DNA of 59,920 bases, counting the filler, from Dugesia japonica (lineage: Eukaryota), in assembly GCA_001938525.1 (NCBI GenBank). It is 5 parts of 5 records of this genome, joined end to end, with 100 filler letters (N's around TTAATTAATTAA, not from the genome) between each part and the next. Parts side by side here need not be neighbours in the genome. Positions count along the whole stretch, not along the records: positions 9,163 to 17,659 come from MQRL01624256.1; positions 17,760 to 35,493 come from MQRL01574193.1; 3 more parts are not named here. The stretch is one strand, 5' to 3'. The notes below the pieces were generated by a model. It was not told the DNA's origin and made no database searches. It saw nothing but the letters and a program-made list of their open reading frames with translations. Each line of letters begins with the position of its first letter. The stretch's first letter is position 1. This document shows, piece after piece, positions 12,961-27,200 of the stretch. The position numbers and the translations under genes were made by a program.

Positions 12961-15925
12961 TTTGTTAGCTGTCGCTAAGTTATTGGGTTCAGTTTCCATA
13001 TCCATAAAATAATTTCAATAACTTCAAAATTTATTTAACAATAAAAAATTAATATTCTAATTCAGAAAATTTAAACAAAGTTCTTCAAGGCTAAATTATT
13101 TTAATGTTGACAAATTTACTGGTTATAATAATCAATATTAAATTTATTAACATTATTTAAAATTGCTGATTTTTAAAATTACAAATAGAAGTTTATTTTT
13201 AAACTCCTAACAGTATCTTTTACATTATTTGGTCTATTGATTGGTATATGATTCGATTGTTAAAAATTTTAAAAAAGTGAATAATTATCCAAAATGTAAT
13301 TTTCACAATAAACAAAAGAAAATAGTAATAATAATATTTAATAATAAATTTTTAAAAAATATGGAAAAATGAAATTGAAAAATCACGTGATAAATTCCGG
13401 AGATTATTTAGTTAAATAATCCGCGGATCTTATTTTACTTTTCTATTTTAATATTCTTTTTTTTTATTTTATTGGCTGTGGTTTTAAATGTTCATACTAC
13501 TGTTTATTCAAAACTTGGGTGAATTTCCTCGAACATATTTAATAATTGACATCTATTTGTGACGAAGTGCTTACAACGTAATGACAAAGAATGAATTGTT
13601 CGTGTATTTGACAAATTAATACAAAGGAGATATTGACAATAATAAAATTAACTTTGATTGAAGTATTAATGATATTTGATATTATAACTAATTATATAAT
13701 GGAATTAGATAGTAAAATTGATACAATAATAAATTCACATGATGTTCAAAAATGCATTTCACGGTTATTGTTATTTACTTTAGAAGAATTAAATTTACAT
13801 GCTATTGTATGTAAGTTGAGGACTATTTTTAATATAATATTTGATATTTTTATAGGAAAAAAATGTAAAAAAATCCATTTTTGATGTAAACAATGAAGTT
13901 TCCAGTTGAAAAAAAGGAATGAGATACCAATTGTTAAGAGATTGACAGTAAATGATAGTAATGGTGAAGTAATTTGATAAATAAATTGATATGGTTTTAT
14001 TAAATATTTTAACTTATAACATCATGAAAAACAGAGCAAATTCATATTAATTCATAAGTGTATTTTTATATGCATAATGTGTGTATTATAAATGGAATTT
14101 CAAAATGTTTACAAATCAGTTTCTGATGAGATATCCTTATAAAAAACTCAAAGGCAAAATCAAAGGTAAACTTTTAAAAATGAAAAAAATTAGCATTATG
14201 ATTAAAGTTGTTTTAGTTAAAAAAATTATTCATTTTTGCCATGCAGTTTTATTCATAATAAATTCATAAATGAAATTTACAGCAACAAAATCAAAATTTG
14301 TCATCAATAAAATAATCTGAAAAATTTAATTGATTATTGAAAATTATTTTTAATTCAATTATCATTGATGTAATGTGTCATGGTCACTTTCAAATGGAAA
14401 CACAACTCATCTAGTTAATCCAAATTTAAATCATAAGTTTCCATTTGCATAGTGTCCCTCGGGTATTTGAATAATTACGGTGAGTTTATGTGGTAGCAAC
14501 ATTTCGATAGTGATATAAACAACGAAGAAATTAATTTCAATATCTGCCGCATTATAGTTCACTCTATTTATTAACAGATAAAAATCAAAAATTTGACATC
14601 AACTTTCAGTTAAAAAACCTTAATCCTTAAATGCGTTTTATGCATCAAGATCATGATGCTTATTGTGGCAAATCTTCTATAAAACCTAATAATCATATTC
14701 CCAATAACATTATACTTGACATAAATTGAAACAAATGAGTTAAGCAAAAATTTAATTGTTTATTTATAAATTGATTATTTAAATGTTAATATAACAATTA
14801 GAATTTTAGGCTTTGGTCTAATAAAAAACAAGTGAAATGTTTAAATTATAATATTAAATAAAAAAATTTTAAAATCAAATAACAAAAATTTAAAATTGTG
14901 TTCATAAATACTTTTTTGAATTGAAATATTTTTCTATAATTTGTGACAATTTGCTTAGTTTTATAGTTTGAAGAATCAATTCATTGGAGTTAAGAATACT
15001 TATGAAAATTAACGAATGCTAAAGTTGAAGTATAATATTTCTGTTAATCAAAATCGTAGGGAACCAAATTTATTACTGATCCTAGAATTTATGCATCGCG
15101 CTTATATAGCGATAATTTTTCCTGTCCCTATTCTCTCTATTGGTCTATCTTCATTGCACGATCTTTAATCAATTTTCATTGGCGGCTATTTTAAGGTGTT
15201 CTTGTGATTGATCGTATGATATCNNNNNNNNNNNNNNNNNNNNNNNNNNNNNNNNNNNNNNNNNNNNNNNNNNNNNNNNNNNNNNNNNNNNNNNNNNNNN
15301 NNNNNNNNNNNNNNNNNNNNNNNNNNNNNNNNNAATTGATTTCTTTCATCACAAGTTATCTATTTTTTCTTATTGTGTAATTTTTGACCGTTCTAATTAA
15401 AAGTTAGTCTTTGTTGTGTTTTTAAACCACTTAATTGCATTTTCGCTAATAATTAATTATTTTAATTGCATTAAAATTTCTATTTCTTCTTCAATTTGAT
15501 TAATTATCATTGAATTAATCCTATTCCATTCTATGTTTTTCGTTCCGATTTCAATATTTCTTTCTTAATTTTAATTATTCTCCTATTTATTTCTGACTTA
15601 ATTTAAATTTCTAGTTAATATAATTTATATTCCNATATTTCTAATTTAATTGCTTCCTGATTCAAATCACTCAATTTATTTTATTGGATGATCATTGAGT
15701 TTTGTGGTCCTTATACTGGTGATTCAATCCAAACAATTTACCAGATGCGTAGCAATCTCTGTCAAACTAGAGAGGGAATTGGAAGCCCCAATTGGAATCT
15801 TATTGAATACTATTAAACCAAATTTCAACCCAATATTCAACTATTACGAATTAAAGAAGACATTTATCAAATTTAACCAGTAATCCAATATAAATTATAT
15901 ATATTCTGTTATCAGAGAATACAAT

Positions 15926-17659
15926 AGGTAGATAGTAGCGCACTGACACAGCACACATGAAGAACCCCCCCCCTCGACGGATTAGTGATGTAATGAAACT
16001 TAATCCAAATGCATTTAGTTGGGAATTTTAAAAAATGACATCATATTAGGTAATATTAGGTAAACGGATAAACTGTGTCAATATTTTCCCTATGCATTTA
16101 GTTGGGAAAAAACTTTACANACAAATTATGTCATAAGATTAATTTCATCGGTGAAATTTTATCTAATAGGATTAACTGTGTAAAATTTTTTTAGTGATTT
16201 TTAGCTGGCGAGTAACATTTATGTGCAAATACATGTATTTTTAATCGTGTTTTGAAAAGTTTGGAGAATTATTTTTCAAATTTAATCCTTTTTAGTTGGG
16301 AAAATTTTACAGGCTTTAGTATTTTTAGACTTTTTTTATTGTTGGAAAAAATTTTTCAAGCTTTTAGGTGGAAATTTATTCGCTGAGGTCGAATAAGGTA
16401 AATTTTTTATTGGTTTTAAGTGGTTATTGTCTAGAATTTACTCGGTGAGGCTAAATGAGGTCAATTTTTGATTGGTTTTAAGTGGTTTTTGTCTGGAGTT
16501 TTCTCGGAGAGGTAGAACGAGCTAAATTTTTGGTTGGTTTAGGCTTTTTCGTCGGGAATTAATTCCGTGAGGTCGAATGAGGTCAATTTTTNATTAATCT
16601 AGGTGGTTTTTGTCTAGAATTTGCTCGGTGAGGCTAAATAAGGTAAATTTTTGAGTGGTTCAGGTGAATTTGGTCTAAAACTTTCTAGTTAAGGTCAAAG
16701 TTGGTCAATTTCTGGCTAGTTTAGTTGAAATTGATTGAATATTTCCTCGGGAATGGAAAGTTTAAGTTTTTTTGGGTGATTCTATTGAGTTTGTCCTTGG
16801 GTTTCGTTAATTTGGGTAATTTTGAGTGATTTGGTCAATTATTTCTCCAAGATTGCACTGTTGGATAATTTTTGAATGAATTGGTCAAATTGTTCATAGA
16901 TCCGATTGAATTTGGTTTATTTTTTGTGCGATTTTTTCAATTATTTCCTCAGGAATGGTTAATTTGGGTCAGCTTTAGATAATTGTGTCAATTATTTACC
17001 CAGTTTAGGTAATATTGGTCAAATTTTTCTCACATTAGTCTCTTGTATTCAGTTTTGGACAGTTTGGCTAATTATTTACTCACAAGGGTCAGTTTTAGGT
17101 GAATTTGAGCGCTTATTTACTCGGGTTGGTCAGTTTGGGTTAAATTTTAAGAAAATTCATGGCAAAAGTCGAATTTGTTTAAACTTTCAAATATTTTAAA
17201 ACTTTTTTAAGGAAATTTTTATAGGAATTCGGGCAAACCGTCCATGTTGTTTAAATAATATGAAATTTTTATGGGAATTCGGGTAAACATTCGAAAGTTT
17301 TAAAAAAATGTTCTATATCTCAGATGTCCAAGATTTTTATACCAAAATGTGGAGAATTTTACAGCAATCATTTTTCACAAATAAAATATTTTCTAAACCA
17401 TTTCCTTGTCAAATAGATAAACTAAGTGTCTAGTTAATAGAGAATCTTTTGCTGATTTCAAATATGTTAACCTAAAATCGTCCAAGTTAATACTCGATCA
17501 AATAAATGAGGTTTTGTGGTGAAAAATCTCAAAACTCAAATTTTAATATTCTAATCTCTATGCGCAGATGACATCTATCGATTCAAATATGATATTATTT
17601 TACTCTGGAAGAAAAAGTGACACTACAAAGTTAAAATATCGTCTCGGGAAAAATGCTTC
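15926..17659 (+). mobile_element. Polinton terminal (TIR/subterminal) region
   Basis: Starts AGGTAGATAGTAGCGCACTG. Colinear with 54333-55260 (TTTAGTTGGGA repeats, CTATATCTCAG..., AAAGTTAAAATATCGTCTCG), which abuts a pPolB gene. Confidence 0.65.
16370..17150 (+). repeat. ~61-bp tandem array (about 6 good copies, then degenerate ~50-bp units) inside the Polinton terminal region
   Basis: Unit TCGGTGAGG(CTA/TCG)AATGAGGTCAATTTTTGATTGGTTTTAAGTGGTTTTTGTCTAGAATT repeats on successive lines 16381-16740. Confidence 0.85.
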
Positions 17660-17759
17660 NNNNNNNNNNNNNNNNNNNNNNNNNNNNNNNNNNNNNNNNN
17701 NNNTTAATTAATTAANNNNNNNNNNNNNNNNNNNNNNNNNNNNNNNNNNNNNNNNNNNN
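17660..17759. other. Artificial scaffold linker
   Basis: TTAATTAATTAA at 17704-17715 flanked by 44 N each side. Confidence 0.95.
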
Positions 17760-18094
17760 TATTAGTATTATTATTATTTTTACAACGCTCAGTTTAGACT
17801 GAAATTTTAATGTACATTTATTATTCAAATTGAAATAAACATTCCATTCCTATTGCAATTAGTAATTGTGACACATTACGCTTTGAAAATATTTATAATT
17901 GCCTAAAATAAATCGTAATAAATTATTTAAAACTCTCTTTAAATAAAAATGAAATGGAAATAAAAAAATTTGTTATAAATAATTAAGTTTTCTGTTTTAA
18001 AAATAAAAGGTTTTATTAAAATTCAGTTTTTCGTATAACTTATGAAAAATTTGCTTATTAAATAAACTTAAATTAATTATTTATTAATTTTTTT

Positions 18095-18280
18095 ACAATT
18101 ACAATTATTACGAGAGTAATTGTTGATCGTTTTTCAGATTTCATTAAAATAAAAGCTTCGATCAAATTTGTTTTGTTTTTGATATTTCGAATTTTCGACT
18201 TATTCTTCGTCAATTCCTAAAATTTGAAATATTATCGAAAACAAAAATAAATTTATTCGGAGCTTTTATTTTAATGAAAT
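18095..18280 (-). mobile_element. Palindromic pLTR-like element, copy C
   Basis: Same tail and arms (TTCATTAAAATAAAAGCTTCGATC...AGCTTTTATTTTAATGAA). Minus strand TGACGA-AGAATAAGTC-GAAA-ATTC at ~18189-18212. Confidence 0.7.
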
Positions 18281-20730
18281 TTTTTAATTTGTTGATTTTT
18301 TCTTAAAGATTATTGAAACTGAATTTAACTTGTCAAATGAAATGTTTTTAGTAATTTTTTTTAAAAATCTGTATTTGTTATTTATAAACAAATACAAATA
18401 CTCTATGCATTTAATCGCGTGTCTAAATGTGAAAACTAAAATGATTTTCAGTGAAATCACAGTGTCAGTAGATGCAATCTAATACATGTGACACTATATC
18501 CATTGTACTTTTCTGGTGGCGGTCATTTGTTATTAAATGCGCAATTGGATTTCTAATAAATGTTTGCGGATTCATTTCTACCAGACAGTCAATTTAATTT
18601 TTAACCAGAATGTCGATGTACCAGAAAAAATTATTTATCCAATAAATAATGTGCAGTCATGATTGGCTAATTAGATGAAGATGATTATTTTATTCGGTAC
18701 AAATCCTATAATCAATATACGAATTGATTAGTGATGATTATAAATGGGATTAAAGCATACAATATAACAATATATTCATACCAAACATACATTGCGACAG
18801 AACAATATCAGTTTATTAAACGTTACAATCATATAGACTGTGTGACTCATGCGTGATTTGCAAAACTTTGTTCTCAATAATTTTTTTGAAAGTGTAATAT
18901 TAAAATCAAATCGTAAACATAGTGCAAATATATTGATTATCTATTACAAGTTTGATAGAAAATCACCGTTGAGGTAAACGTAATTGTAAAATTTTTAAAC
19001 ATTTTGAATGATATTAAATATTATTGTAGATTGAAAATCATTCTTCATTTTTAACCTTTATTATTTTTTAAAAATACATTTCATTATTTTGATGTTCAAC
19101 CTTTTGAAATTTATATTAAATGTCAACAAAAATGAGAAAGAATTTTTCTAACTTTGGTGATCAAAATGATTAAAATCGAAATTTGAGCTCATTTTTTTTA
19201 GTTTAATGATGTTCTATGGTTGTATGCTTTTACAATTAACTACTATATTAAAATAATTATGCAATTTGTTGCAATTTTAATATATTTTGCCACCCTGTTT
19301 TCGTCCAAGTCAAACGTTTTTTGTGGAAAATGATTTTTTTATCTAATTTCTGATTAAAATTTCGTTTAAATGGAGTGAATTCCGATTCAATTTAGTGATT
19401 CAACTGGTTAAATGAGACAAAAACTCAGTGGACAAATGAATTTAATTTTAGTGGATTTCACTGTATATTTCTCACTTCAATAAGATCATAACTTAATAAA
19501 GCTTAGGTAGTTAAGCTTTAAAAACGGTTAAAGATGTTTAAAAACGGTATACGCCGAAAGTTTTAACACGAGAAATACCTGAAATTTTTGCTTAACAACT
19601 ATATTGTTTGGATTAAATTCGAAAACTGAAATCTACACTATTAATTACTTTCATATATCCGTAAAAATTTTGATGTGATTCAGCACAAAAAATTATATCT
19701 ATAGTAGAGATCTTTAAGGAAAATAAATAAACCCGGTCATTTTGATTGGTCATGCAATTCTGGGAAGAAATCATAAAAATTAACTCGTATGAATTGATTT
19801 ATTTATTCTTGTATAAGAAGAAATTAATTAACTTGATTATTCAAGGACTACTTGTTTTCTATGTTAAAAAATTGGCTATGTATTATATAATTATTTGTTA
19901 TTAATAAAATGATGTGGGTGATTGTAACCTGGACCCTGTATATATTGATAAAATTGTCTTTCATTAGAAAGCCTGTATTTTGAATATAAATTTTACTTTG
20001 GATGCTTTTAAGAAGGAAATATCATCACAGAGGTGCTATGTAAAATTTACTTGATTGTATTGGAACCAAATGAAAACTTTGATGGCTTTTAACTGAATAA
20101 ATTATTTCGTTTAAAACTTTTTATTCGATTGGTTTTACAGCTTTTAAAATTTATATTTAAATAACAGCGCATAATCTGTGAACCTCTTAATTTTGAAAAA
20201 TTAATTTTTTCTCAAAATAACTCGCCGTTTATCTATGAGACTCTTGGTTAATATGTTTTCAGAGTCGGTATTTAAATTTAAGATTATATTCATAATAAGT
20301 TAGAATTTATCTGAATATAATTATAAAAATATTTTACAAATAAATATTCTTTTTCAATTCATTTTAAATAATTTCAAACATTCAATTTTCAAAATTGTAT
20401 ATTTGTTTATTTAAAAATTTTTTATTAAAGTAAATTGAAATATTTTCCATAAATGTGCAATGGAAATAGTTTTTGACAAATTTAAATCGTGGTGAAATTT
20501 GTAATAACTTTATATTTGTCAATTATAAATTAAATAGTGTTACGGTTCCATCAATTGATAATACCCATTTAATAAATTCAGTTTTATTTTTGTTACATTA
20601 TTCGACCATAAAAAAATTTCTAATCGTAAAATCTAAACTAAGATTTTCTACAGATTTTTGTTTTGTTAACTTCTGTATTTTAATTTGATTTTTAAAGAAA
20701 ATGAAGTTTTTTGATTTATTTTATTTATAG

Positions 20731-21153
20731 GATTTTGACTTCAATGAACACGCTATTCAAATAATGGAAAGATGTGGTATAAATAGGGCTGAAATTTGTG
20801 AAGTGAGATTTTTTAATGTTATATAATTTTTGTCAAAATAACGTTATGCATTCAATTTTTTTTCTTTTTCACCTTTATAGGTTATTAAAATTTACTTAAT
20901 TATATATATGAGAAAGTAAGAATTATTCATTTAAATTGTCAGTAGTCTATTTTCAATATAGAATCTTTAAGATTCTTAATTTAAACTTTTTATATAATAA
21001 TGTACATGGATTTATTATTATTGTTTTTATTATTATTATTACTATTATTATTATTNNNNNNNNNNNNNNNNNNNNNNNNNNNNNNNNNNNNNNNNNNNNN
21101 NNNNNNNNNNNNNNNNNNNNNNNNNNTTATTATTATTTTTATTATTATTATTA

Positions 21154-21201
<48 letters not shown>

Positions 21202-24200
21202 ATAATACAAATAATAATTACTAATTACTCCGGTGACAAAATTAATGAATTAATTAATAAATTTTTCAAAATTTTATGAAATTTTAAAGTTTTGATTTTT
21301 AAAATATAATTCAAAAATTGAATAGAATTTGTGTATATTTGGTTTCTCAGAGAATTTTGTTATTCGATATATTTGATCGAAAATTTGAAAATTTAATTTC
21401 AAAAATGTAATAGAAATAATTTGCTTGAATAATTTTGATTTATTTAGAATTTGTGATATTAAATCTTTTGAATCATTTGTGATGCATTTTTCGAATTTAT
21501 GAACCTAAATTTCTAAAATCTATCAAAAATGATTAGAATTTTTATAATACTTAAAAGGCGGTATTCTGAATATATTATATGCTAATGAATTATCTGTTGA
21601 AATAGATGTTTTGAAATTTTATTTTATTTTATAATAATTAAATTATTAAATATCATAAATAAATTATATCAACTAATTTTACTCAGGCCTTAACATTAGT
21701 AATATTTATGGATCATCCATTATATAAAAATTATTCAATTTAGTCACTTTAATTGGAAACAAATATATATTTAATCTATTATAACTACAAAAAATTGCGA
21801 TTCTTCATGACACTATGTTTCTCTGTTGTAAATTGTATTCCTTTATAAAGTACACCCTAAAATGCCAGAAAATTTTAGCTTTTATCCTCTAACCAACCAC
21901 ATCCATCTCTAAGTCGAAGTATTTATTAAAATGTAAAAGGTATTTTTAACATGCATAACATATGAATAACATACCGACGATGAGGCCATTAATTGGTTGT
22001 AAAAATTAATTTAAATGGATTCGAATATGCTAGCGAAAAAAATTAATTAAATTAATTCTATTTGTTAATTATTAATTTTTATCATTTGTATATTATTATT
22101 AATTTTCTCTACTAGTAATTCGCACCAATTTGGAAGAGTCACTTTGGTCTCTAACTAGCCACGGCTTATAATGGAAAAAATAGGGTGCAACTCTTGTTTC
22201 ATGAATATTTCTTCTACTCAAACTCTTAACCTTAATTAGTTCTTTAAATTTATGTTTATTTATGTTTCCATTATCAATTATCAACTTCTTCATTTCCTGC
22301 AAAATGATATTTTGTTGACAATTTTCTGTCAATTACCATTATTATTTTAAAAATTTCTGATTGTAAAAATTATTTTCATTTATAATAAGATTTTTTATGC
22401 TAAAAGTTTTTTACTTATACTTTTACTGAAACAATCAACGAAAACTTTTGAACTGGAATTTTGAATAAATTATAAATGATTTAAATAAGTGATTATAAAT
22501 AAAAAGTTTATGATTAATTTTTACATAAAACTTGATAAATATGTTGAATGTATTTAACAATGATTTTTCGTTGACTTTATGAAAATCATCAGTTAGTTAT
22601 AATAACCCATTGGCAATCAATTAACCTGTTTTTATATAAGTATTCTTAAAGATTTTCATGTTTATCAAAAATATAAATCAAATTTTTCTTATTTTTTTTA
22701 AAATTTATTACGATTTTTATATGGTATTATACTAAGAAAAATTAATAATTTTATTTTTATGTTCTTTTGAAATAAAATATAATTTTTATTATTTCATTAT
22801 TAGTTAATTTAAATTACCGTATCTCTACAACGGGGATATTTAAAGTTACGGCAAACTAACTTCAAAATAAATTTCTGTGGCGCACCTAAAATTTTCTTCA
22901 ATACACTTAGCAAATGTTTATTTTTTCATTATAATATTTGTATTTTTATAATGTTAGTTATAATTGCTGTAAAAGGTTTACTTTTCTGCAAAGTTATGAA
23001 AAGGTTCATTATTTTTACAATTACAATTATTGCGAGAATAATTGTTGGACGTAACTATTGATAATTTTTGAGAATTTATTAAAATAAAACCTTCGATGAA
23101 ATTTTTTTTGATATTATTTTGAATTTTCGACTTTGTCTTTGTCAAGAATTAACTTTTCTTTAATTCCTGACGAAGACAAAGTCGAAAATTCGAAATAATA
23201 TCAAAAACAAAAATAATTTGATCGAAGCTTTTATTTTAATGAAAGCTTCATTATTATTTTGTTCTTGCTATATTTATTCCTTGTTTTCTTGGTAAAATAG
23301 AAAATTTTATAAACAAATTTATTTTAATTACTTATTATTTAAAACTTCCTGTTTTCTATTTATTAAAATACACCCAAACTTCACTTAACACGGAAGATAG
23401 GTTCTGCTATACCATCATGTTAAGTGAAGGATGGGTGTAATACGTATTGTCCTTCTTCAGTTAATTTTTTTATATTTTAAATGGACAGCAATCATCAAGA
23501 TATCATAACCGTTATTTTTAGAAATTCGCACAGCTGTGTGTACGTCTACAATACAATATCTAATTGAAAAATATTTTCGACAAAACGAAAACCGTGTTAA
23601 GCGAGGGATGGTGTATGTGAGTAGGATATATTTCTGATAATTAAATATTGATTTGACCCATATGTATGTTGCGATTGATGTGGACCGTATGAACATTGTG
23701 AATTATATAATATATTTTTCGAATCATTGCATCATTTATATTCCCCATATTTAAGAATGCAATTGGTGTGTAATTAACACTTTTTATTATAATATAATTT
23801 TGTTGAATTTAATTTAGTTCTCGATACTAATAGTATATGTTAGGTAATTTTAAAAATTTGCAAATATTTTTAAAATTTAATGCAATGTTATTAGTTGAAA
23901 TTTTTTANNNNNNNNNNNNNNNNNNNNNNNNNNNNNNNNNNNNNNNNNNNNNNNNNNNNNNNNNNNNNNNNNNNNNNNNNNNNNNNNNNNNNNNNNNNNN
24001 NNNNNNNNNNNNNNNNNNNNNNNNNNNNNNNNNNNNNNNNNNNNNNNNNNNNNNNNNNNNNNNNNNNNNNNNNNNNNNNNNNNNNNNNNNNNNNNNNNNN
24101 NNNNNNNNNNNNNNNNNNNNNNNNNNATAAAGTATTGAATTAAAAGTCTTGTTTTAGTTGATTTAAATAAAGAAGAAAACTAATAAAACTAACAGTATAT

Positions 24201-27200
24201 ATCAGTAAAATTTAGGTATTTTTAGTCTGATAAACAAAAAATCATTTTAAAATAATTAAAACCTAACTATTCTTTTTCGAAATATTCTAAATTTAAAATC
24301 ATTATAATAATTCAGTAAAAATTGTTATATTATTCGAATCCAATTTAACCTGACCCAAATATTTTTAAAACAATAGTATTTAAGTAAATATAATGAAACC
24401 TATTCAAATTAAGATGTTTATTTTTATATTGAATCCAGTTATCTCACATTTCCTGGTTAGTGATGATTGCTATTCGGATCCGTTGTTGTTCTGATTTGCG
24501 ATGATTATTTAGTTTTGATTTAACATTTGTATTCATTGATTCATTTTTCTTCGTAAATGTAAATAAAATTTTTTTGAATTATTTTTTCAATTAATACGAA
24601 GTAATAGATGGTTCATGATCCGTTTACGAAATGTTGAATATTAGAGATTTTTACTAAATTATTTTATCTCATTTATTTTAAAATATTTGTTGTATTGATT
24701 ATTAAATATTTTTTCTGATTATATATAACTGCATTTTAATTTACTGTTTTCCTTTTTTGAAGAATTGTTCTAATCATTTTTTTATGGTTTTGATAAATTT
24801 TACTATTTTCCAAATATTTTTTTTAATATAGAAAATTTTTCAGATGCTCCACATTTTCTTAACTTAGATGGATCATTTTCAGTACTTCAATTTTTCATAT
24901 TTTTTCTTTCTACATAATCTTACCTATATATTGTTTAAGAATAAACCGATGTGAATACTTACTAAAATAATCAATTACGTCTTAGATGCAGTTGTATCTT
25001 TTCTTCTTAATTTTAAATAGTTCCGAAGCTTCATCCTATATTATATATTATGTTACGATGCTTTAGTTCTTCCGTTGATTATTTATTGTATATTATATAT
25101 TGAATGCAATGTTTGCATCGTTCAATTGCTTATTTAATGTCGAAAGCCATCGATTAACAATAAAAAANTTTTGAATATCTTCTAATGATTTCAATAGAAT
25201 GTTACCTAAGTAAATGTAATTTTTAATATTATTTGCGAGTGTTTCTTTCGGTAAAATTTGTCTCTATATTTCATTTTAGGAATATAATTAGTCATTTATT
25301 ATTCAAAGTGTTTCTTTGTTTAAATTTCTTAAATTTTACTACATAATATTTCTTTATCTAAAAACTGATCTTTTATTATATTTATTTATCTAAAGTATTT
25401 ATTAGCAGTCTTCTTTATTTTTTGAATGTTTAGAATTTTTCACTGACTTCAATTTCTACTATTCACTAAAAGCAGATTTCAAAATTCCATTCGGATTCAT
25501 TTAAATTTTGTTTTTTCTATATTCGACTCCTATTTCAAAAATTACTAATTGCATATTCCATATACAATATTGAGATTTATTTGAACTACACCAGTTTATT
25601 AACGATTTAAAGTAGTTATTCAATTTTTCTTAATGTAAACTACATTTATAAAGATAATCTTTTATTTTCAATACAAAGTCATAGATTACTAACAATTTTT
25701 TATGGTTTAGATCAGCGCTTAAACTTTTTTCATTGATGACCGCAATGTATCATCAAGATTTTTTTGGCGACTCCAGATATTAAATTTTTTATACGAAAAA
25801 CGAACTCCAAAGTAAAATCTGTAATAAATTTTGTAGTAAATAATTTTTCGCGACAGCGAAATTTCACTTCGCGACTCATAATTTAAGAAGCATGGTTTAG
25901 ATAATTAATTATTATTTTTGTTATTAATTTATAACATAATATTCATCGCCATCTTGTAATATTATATTTTATTTTCATAAATTAATTATAAATTTCGTAT
26001 GATAAAATGCAAGAGAGACCTAGCATTTCAGTGATGGTCAAGGGTCAACAGTTTGATTGTTTGTTGGATACAGGAGCAAGAATAAATGTGATGAGCATGA
26101 AAGGATTTAATAGACTCGGAGAATCAATGTTAGAGAAAAGCGAGGAACGATTGCATTGCGCAAATTACAGCTCATTGGAGACAATTGGAAAGATATGTGT
26201 CGAAGTTGTAATTTCAGAGGTGTGCAAGGAAGTATCTTTTATAATAGTAGAGAAATTAATACCAGGTCTAATTGGTGGAGTGGAATTTCAGAATACTTTT
26301 GGATATCATCTTCAAAAAAAGTGCAGGGTAGAAATAATTAATCATCGAGAAAAATTTGTTTGNNNNNNNNNNNNNNNNNNNNNNNNNNNNNNNNNNNNNN
26401 NNNNNNNNNNNNGCAAATACAGACGGGTGAACGACTGAGACATGTAATGGAGATTCTAGAAATTAACAAAGATCATAAATTGACGGCGATTATTCAGAAT
26501 AATGAGGATGTATTTATGGCAGAAAAATGGGACATTGGATGTACACACTTAACGAAGCATCGAATAATCACTAAAGGATGCTTCAACATAAAACCGTATC
26601 GCTAACTAATGAATCTAGAAGAAAAGATTGAAGAGGCCATCAAGAATCTATAGGATAATGGTANCATTCGNAAGTGTAATTCGCAATGGAATNCGCCATT
26701 AATCTGAGTTTGGAAAAAGGAANAAAGGATATACGATTATGCTTAGACTTTAGACAGCTCAATGCAATAACAGAAAGACAAGCTTTTCCTATGCCAAATG
26801 TGGACGAAATGATGGATGCTTTGGAAGGTAAGCAGTATTTTAGCTCAATAGACTTTGGAAATGCATACTACCAAGTCGAACTCAGTGAAGATTCTCAAGA
26901 AAAGACGGTTTTTCGATCAAACAAGGGCAATTTTGTTTCAATAGAATTCCTTTTGGAATTGCATCAGCACCAGGTACGTTCCAGGAAATGATGAATAAAA
27001 TAATCTGAAAAATAAAAGGAGCGATGGTTTATCNAGATGATATTCTCATATTTACCGAAACAAAGGAGCAACACTATGAAATAATCAATAAAGTATTAAC
27101 AGAAATTAAGAAGGCTGGTTTAAGAGTTAATCCGGAGAAATTTCAATTCATACGAAAGGAGATCAAATTTTTGGGTCAAATTATCAGTAAAGAAGGTATC

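Noticed and set aside
14400-14580. Minus-strand IQIPEGHY resembling Polinton minor capsid
   Set aside because: Single short motif with no supporting flanking motifs.
16370-17150. CRISPR-like array
   Set aside because: Head-to-tail degenerate tandem units without unique spacers; eukaryotic context and no cas genes.
20936-21224. Poly-Ile/Tyr/Leu ORFs and N-spanning ORFs in the track
   Set aside because: Artefacts of the (TAT)n microsatellite and N gaps; many other short ORFs are antisense shadows of TE genes.
21974-22010. GACGATGAGGCC...GGTTGTAAAA hammerhead-like string
   Set aside because: Core C/U residues and GAAA are missing; too degenerate to call.
22099-22332. ORF possibly from a PLE RT-endonuclease linker
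   Set aside because: Only vague similarity; no diagnostic motif.
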